20,000 nt of DNA from an uncultured virus (IMG/VR IMGVR_UViG_3300029953_000019) (taxonomy: Duplodnaviria > Heunggongvirae > Uroviricota > Caudoviricetes): the IMG/VR virus record IMGVR_UViG_3300029953_000019. One strand, given 5' to 3'. A model generated the notes under the pieces. It ran no database searches. It had not been told where the DNA came from and saw only the letters and a program-made list of their open reading frames with translations. Both the position numbers and the translations under genes were made by a program. Position 1 is the first letter of the stretch. The number at the start of each line of letters is the position of its first letter. This document shows, piece after piece, positions 16,059-20,000 of the stretch.

Positions 16059-18770
16059 ATCCGCACCATACCCCTTAAATACTAATGGATTCATTTTAAT
16101 AGTTTTATCTTTAGAATTTGGATTAGCAATTAAATTAAACCCTAATAGATTATATTTATGCCAGGCTGGATCTCGCGTTATAATACCAGGTCTTACTGCC
16201 ATCTCTTCCTTTAATGCCATAACTGCTAATGGACTATGTTTTTTAACATAATCAACCGCACTAATAGCTGGTACACCCTTCATAACCAACCTTCTAATAA
16301 CAAAAGGTTTATATATCTGCCACAGCATATCTTGAGGTACACTAGCCTGGTCTACATCCAATCTAGTATCTGGAGTTAACACAGCTCTTCCCACCAAATC
16401 CAGACTCTTATTAACCACCTTACTCTGAAACATTGTACTTTTAGCCGTTCCACCCTTTAATCCAAACATAGTAGCTAATATACCTTTAACATTCTTATCC
16501 TGGTGTTTCTTATTAATTGGATCACCCAAACCAAAGGCAGCTTTTACTCCATCATATTCATTTTGTTTTAATTTCCTAACTACTTCGTCCGGCACATTCT
16601 CAGTATTTTTAAGTGCATTGTTATTTAGTATGAGGTCTTTATATAGATTATTAACATCACTAGTTAATACTACATCACCCATCTTACTAGCAGGTCTGTA
16701 TTGGGCTGGTAGAATAGGTACTTTATGCAACATCAAATCTTTAGGATGTAACTTATGTTCTTTTAGTGTAGTGAGAAATTCTAACAATTTAACGGCATCA
16801 TCTCTTCTAGTCTTCTTCTCACTACCTATATACTTCTTCATTTCTTCTATCTTCTTATCCAGATCTATATTATTAAGGGCTTTTTCCATTTCCCCATCCA
16901 CTACCATATCATTAAACTTAAACTTGGTAACTCCTAACAACTTTCTGAGATAATCCTCACTAATAGGATTAGGTATGGGATGATTAAGATTTATGTGATT
17001 AAACTTGTCACCTAATATGCCTATTATATTAGGATCAAATAGTCCGCCAGGTTCATGTATTAGTTCTTCTTGATGTGGCTTGAATAATGAAGGTTTCTTA
17101 ATTTCACCATTACTCAAAGCAGTAGTATCCTTATCTGTTAAAGGTAGGATATTAAAGGTATTACCAACTCTATCTACATTAATACCGGCAGCTTTTAAAC
17201 TATCTATGAACTTGTTAAAGATGAATGGAACTTTAGGGCTGGGTGGGGTTTGGCCCAATTTAATAGCACGCCAGAATTCATCATTCTGAGTACCTTTAAC
17301 AGTACCTATATCCTCCAATACATGTCTGACATCATGACTTAGCAAAGCTGTAGTACCTAAATTTCCTATTCTCTTTGATGAACCACCTTCCACTGCTGAC
17401 TTACTTGGTTGCCGGTCGAAACTGTATCCGGACCCCTGACTTCTAGTACTTAGTTTATCTTCACTAATATGAGTTAACCTACTATAGAATAATGGACCTA
17501 CAACTGCTTCAATATTTCTACCAGTAATTGGATCATATAGTTGTTCAGTATCATTTATATTATTCTTCTTTAATACATTAATTACATTCTTAATAGATGA
17601 ATCCTTTCTAAACTGATCCATTTTAATAGTCTTACCAGTCTTCTCAGCTAATTTACCAAGGCCTAGAGTTATGGCTAAGGCTGGTGCAACTCTTGACGTG
17701 ATGGACATGGAGTTAAGCATGATATCAACTGGCTTCCCATTAGGTAGTAGTGGAGCTTGTGAGTCTGATACAATCTTCGTTACACCCTTAGCTCCAAAGT
17801 AATTAGAAATCTTATCACCAGGTAATAGACTTCTTACCGTCTTGATATGTACTGTAATAAGTGGGCCATGTTTGGTTACATCCACTACTTCTCCATCATG
17901 TTCGTAGTCCCAGGCTTCTGAATTATCTTTGAATGCATGTTTTAATACTTTACTCAGCTTACCTAATGCCAAATCTGTACTCTTTAATGCTCTGGGTGAG
18001 TAAGCCAGGATTACCGGGTCTCCAGCTTTCAATCTAGACCCTACTATAACCACTCCATCTGAATCTATATTTTTAATTTGATTATTCGTATATTTATTAG
18101 GAAATAGTGCTACAAATTTATCCTTGCCTGCCTCTACTCCAAATTTCTCTTCAATACTAAAATTGATCATTTGTTCTGCTGCCAACTTTTTAGCACCACT
18201 TTCAGTCACTGCAAAAGCATCCTCAAAGTTGTCTGAGCGGTACGGGATTATAGCAGTAGTAAGGTTAGTTCCCATCGCCATATTACCTTCTTTATCATTA
18301 TAATTACTGTAAGCTATTACTTCATTAGTTTTAACTTTATCACCAACCTTCACTTTAGGGGTATGAGTAATAAAGCTTTTCCTGCCTAAATGAAAGTTAT
18401 TATATAGTTGATAGGTAGACTTGGTTTTATCTGTATTATCTACTTTAATATGATTTTCAGTAACTTCAGTAACAGTACCAGGTTTAGTTGCAGTTACAGA
18501 TAAATAATGTTTACCATATAGTTCTTGAGTACTTTCTTTGTTAGTGTCATCTGAACTTTCTACTAACGGACGTTCAGGATTTACTAAAGGTATAGCTTGG
18601 AGAGAAGCCTTGGCTCCTAGTAACACACGCCCGCCGGAAACTGAATTTAGCCCAGTAATCATGTTAGTAGGTAAAGCAAATAAATCCCTACTCGAAGGCA
18701 TGGATATATGATCTTCATTTAGTTTGTCCACCTTCTCAAAATTTCCCTTATTAAGTACAGTATAACTCAT
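16017..18770 (-). CDS. RNA polymerase beta (C-terminal half)/beta-prime (N-terminal part) fusion ending in 13-aa IntN
   Basis: RpoB-like: RVLLGAKASLQAIPL, SDNFEDAFAV, GDKISNYFGAKGV, PVDIMLNSMSITSR, RLTHISEDKLSTRS, VPFIFNKFIDSLKAAGINV. RpoC-like: LSNGEIKKP, GGLFDPNIIG, VPILPAQYRP, SDVNNLY, KSLDLVGRAVL, RDPAWHK, NPLVFKGYGAD. Start ATG 18770 preferred to TTG 18812. Confidence 0.93.
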   Translation of the reverse strand: MSYTVLNKGNFEKVDKLNEDHISMPSSRDLFALPTNMITGLNSVSGGRVLLGAKASLQAIPLVNPERPLVESSDDTNKESTQELYGKHYLSVTATKPGTVTEVTENHIKVDNTDKTKSTYQLYNNFHLGRKSFITHTPKVKVGDKVKTNEVIAYSNYNDKEGNMAMGTNLTTAIIPYRSDNFEDAFAVTESGAKKLAAEQMINFSIEEKFGVEAGKDKFVALFPNKYTNNQIKNIDSDGVVIVGSRLKAGDPVILAYSPRALKSTDLALGKLSKVLKHAFKDNSEAWDYEHDGEVVDVTKHGPLITVHIKTVRSLLPGDKISNYFGAKGVTKIVSDSQAPLLPNGKPVDIMLNSMSITSRVAPALAITLGLGKLAEKTGKTIKMDQFRKDSSIKNVINVLKKNNINDTEQLYDPITGRNIEAVVGPLFYSRLTHISEDKLSTRSQGSGYSFDRQPSKSAVEGGSSKRIGNLGTTALLSHDVRHVLEDIGTVKGTQNDEFWRAIKLGQTPPSPKVPFIFNKFIDSLKAAGINVDRVGNTFNILPLTDKDTTALSNGEIKKPSLFKPHQEELIHEPGGLFDPNIIGILGDKFNHINLNHPIPNPISEDYLRKLLGVTKFKFNDMVVDGEMEKALNNIDLDKKIEEMKKYIGSEKKTRRDDAVKLLEFLTTLKEHKLHPKDLMLHKVPILPAQYRPASKMGDVVLTSDVNNLYKDLILNNNALKNTENVPDEVVRKLKQNEYDGVKAAFGLGDPINKKHQDKNVKGILATMFGLKGGTAKSTMFQSKVVNKSLDLVGRAVLTPDTRLDVDQASVPQDMLWQIYKPFVIRRLVMKGVPAISAVDYVKKHSPLAVMALKEEMAVRPGIITRDPAWHKYNLLGFNLIANPNSKDKTIKMNPLVFKGYGADSIVDYIIYREKIN

Positions 18771-18776
18771 ATTTTG

Positions 18777-18806
18777 ATTATATACTCTTATTATTGATTT
18801 CCACAA
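18777..18806 (-). promoter_or_regulatory. Candidate promoter for RNAP fusion gene, predicted leaderless
   Basis: TTGTGG-N18-TATAAT-N6-ATG 18770; same 6-nt spacing from -10 box to ATG as the intein-internal promoter. Confidence 0.6.
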
Positions 18807-18861
18807 CCTCAAACTTTAGTCTTTAATTAACCTGGAATATACATTAAACTAGGTTAGATTT

Positions 18862-19212
18862 ATGAAGAGTTGGATTATTATTGTATTTAGCTTGATTAGT
18901 ATTAGTATTGAAGCACAACAATTAAATAAAGTCTATCTAAATCACTTATTAGACGCTATTTATCTAGCTGAGGGTGGGGCTAATACTAAATATCCTTATG
19001 GAGTGATTGGAGATTTTAAAAAGAGTCCAAGAATTATAGCTGCCAATACTATAAAACATAATTACAATAACTGGTTAAATAGTAGTTCTAAAACAGATTT
19101 CTTAAGATATCTACAACAACACTATTGTCCTATAAATGCTAAAAATGACCCTAATCATTTAAATGATAACTGGTATAAGAATGTATCTTTAATAATGAAA
19201 CAGTATGAATAA
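18862..19212 (+). CDS. Putative secreted lysozyme-like peptidoglycan hydrolase
   Basis: Signal-peptide-like N-terminus MKSWIIIVFSLISISIEA; helix-terminal Glu in AIYLAEGG followed by YG; C-terminal YCP...NWYKNV pattern seen in lysozyme-fold proteins. Confidence 0.6.
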   Translation: MKSWIIIVFSLISISIEAQQLNKVYLNHLLDAIYLAEGGANTKYPYGVIGDFKKSPRIIAANTIKHNYNNWLNSSSKTDFLRYLQQHYCPINAKNDPNHLNDNWYKNVSLIMKQYE

Positions 19213-19882
19213 GTTAGATGCATTTATTAATGGTTTTATCAAGGCTGCTGGCCCACTCCCTCCACCTCCTCCACCTCCTACACCTCCTACACCTCCAAAA
19301 ATTCCGATGATTTCATTACCACACAATGCTTATACTGTTGGTGGTCTCCCTCCAAATATGCATAATTTTGTTAATAAAGGTGGTAATACCCTTAATATAA
19401 ATGCTCACGGTGGTCCTGATAGTGCTATTAATGGAGAATATGCATTTCAAAGTGATTCTAATAATTCTAAAAACTTGCTTTATAACAATGAACCACTAAC
19501 TTATACTCCTCAAACATTGGCTAAACTTATTGGTCCAGCTACTAACAATATCAATAATATTTATACTACTGCTTGTAATGGTGGGGATTGCTCCAATACT
19601 AATGTGAGTCCAAACGAAGTGCTTAAAGGGTTTGCTACTCCAGCTATGTACCGTAAATTATTCCCTAATCTTACTAACGTTGTTCAAATCCCTCCCAGGC
19701 ATTATGGTCCATTAATTCCAAGTCAATTTAAGACTAATGAATACCCAGACGTAGTGAATATAATAAATAGAATTATTAAAGATAGGAATCCTAATGATCC
19801 AATAACTACAAGCTTGCCTCATCAATATAATCTACAAGGTGGTACTAATTGGGTGGATAAAGGGACTTACTATAATTACTGA
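19205..19882 (+). CDS. AFINGFIKAA-leader protein with poly-Pro linker and putative clan CD (caspase-fold) cysteine protease domain
   Basis: MNKLDAFINGFIKAA, PLPPPPPPPTPPTPP, then strand-HG (TLNINAHGG) and strand-AC (IYTTACNGG) about 55 residues apart. Confidence 0.6.
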   Translation: MNKLDAFINGFIKAAGPLPPPPPPPTPPTPPKIPMISLPHNAYTVGGLPPNMHNFVNKGGNTLNINAHGGPDSAINGEYAFQSDSNNSKNLLYNNEPLTYTPQTLAKLIGPATNNINNIYTTACNGGDCSNTNVSPNEVLKGFATPAMYRKLFPNLTNVVQIPPRHYGPLIPSQFKTNEYPDVVNIINRIIKDRNPNDPITTSLPHQYNLQGGTNWVDKGTYYNY

Positions 19883-19883
19883 T

Positions 19884-20000
19884 ATGACAGACCGACACAA
19901 TGTATATGTAGTTGAATTGGATAAGGAGGTCTTAGCTAAAAAAAAGTTTTTAAAGTTGAATCCTAACTACAATCCAGAACTACCTCCACTTTATGTAGGA
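19884..20000 (+). CDS. Partial GIY-YIG-like nuclease
   Basis: Manual translation MTDRHNVYVVELDKEVLAKKKFLKLNPNYNPELPPLYVG; VYV...LYVG matches the GIY-YIG signature; truncated by window edge. Confidence 0.6.
   Translation, partial: MTDRHNVYVVELDKEVLAKKKFLKLNPNYNPELPPLYVG

Noticed and set aside
46..17289. Numerous short plus-strand ORFs in the track (e.g. 46-234, 2555-2851, 7963-8232, 13342-13536, 16618-16953) and minus-strand 6902-7093
   Set aside because: They lie antisense or out of frame within long motif-bearing genes; composition is typical of shadow ORFs.
9595..18770. Cellular rpoB/rpoC locus
   Set aside because: Highly divergent motifs, non-cellular partition, no ribosomal-protein neighbours and phage-like context; gene symbols therefore not assigned.
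5981..18812. ORF-track starts at 6007, 9665 and 18812
   Set aside because: They overlap upstream genes or a promoter; ATGs at 5980, 9593 and 18770 fit the coupling pattern, leader motif and -10 spacing.
18828..18856. Imperfect inverted repeat TAACCTGG-N13-CTAGGTTA in the divergent intergenic region
   Set aside because: Single short copy without a U-tract; cannot be distinguished from chance.
13186..19300. Tandem repeats (18-nt EVTGAT/EATGAS, Gln codon runs, 9-nt poly-Pro units, GMMGTRGMKGIRG in the intein) as CRISPR or other arrays
   Set aside because: All are in-frame low-complexity coding repeats with no repeat-spacer structure.
1..20000. Stop-codon reassignment (codes 4, 15, 25)
   Set aside because: Standard code gives near-complete coding density and TGA ends genes at clean junctions; no called gene is broken by TAG.

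Overview
AT-rich, gene-dense segment that looks like a large (jumbo-type) bacteriophage genome. Positions 1-18770 are one tightly packed minus-strand gene cluster: a divergent multi-subunit (bacterial-like) RNA polymerase encoded in three pieces, interleaved with probable virion/head-associated proteins, ending in an intein-containing putative prohead protease that runs off the left edge and is missing from the ORF track. A divergent plus-strand cluster follows: signal-peptide lysozyme-like protein, caspase-fold-like protease, partial GIY-YIG-like gene. Two systems stand out. (1) The RNAP catalytic aspartate motif (GAD|SDGD instead of NADFDGD) is interrupted by an intein that appears naturally split into a 13-aa N-fragment and a 483-aa LAGLIDADG-containing C-fragment, with a near-consensus sigma70-type promoter (TTGACA-N17-TATTGT-N6-ATG) occupying the 31-nt gap, so the active site would have to be built by protein trans-splicing. 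(2) A recurrent K-x-A(S) motif, often ending a short shared N-terminal leader (A-F/Y-INGFIKA-A/S), marks many otherwise unrelated proteins and brackets the protease domain itself, suggesting a capsid-targeting/maturation-cleavage code. All assignments come from manual translation and motif recognition; no database searches were run.
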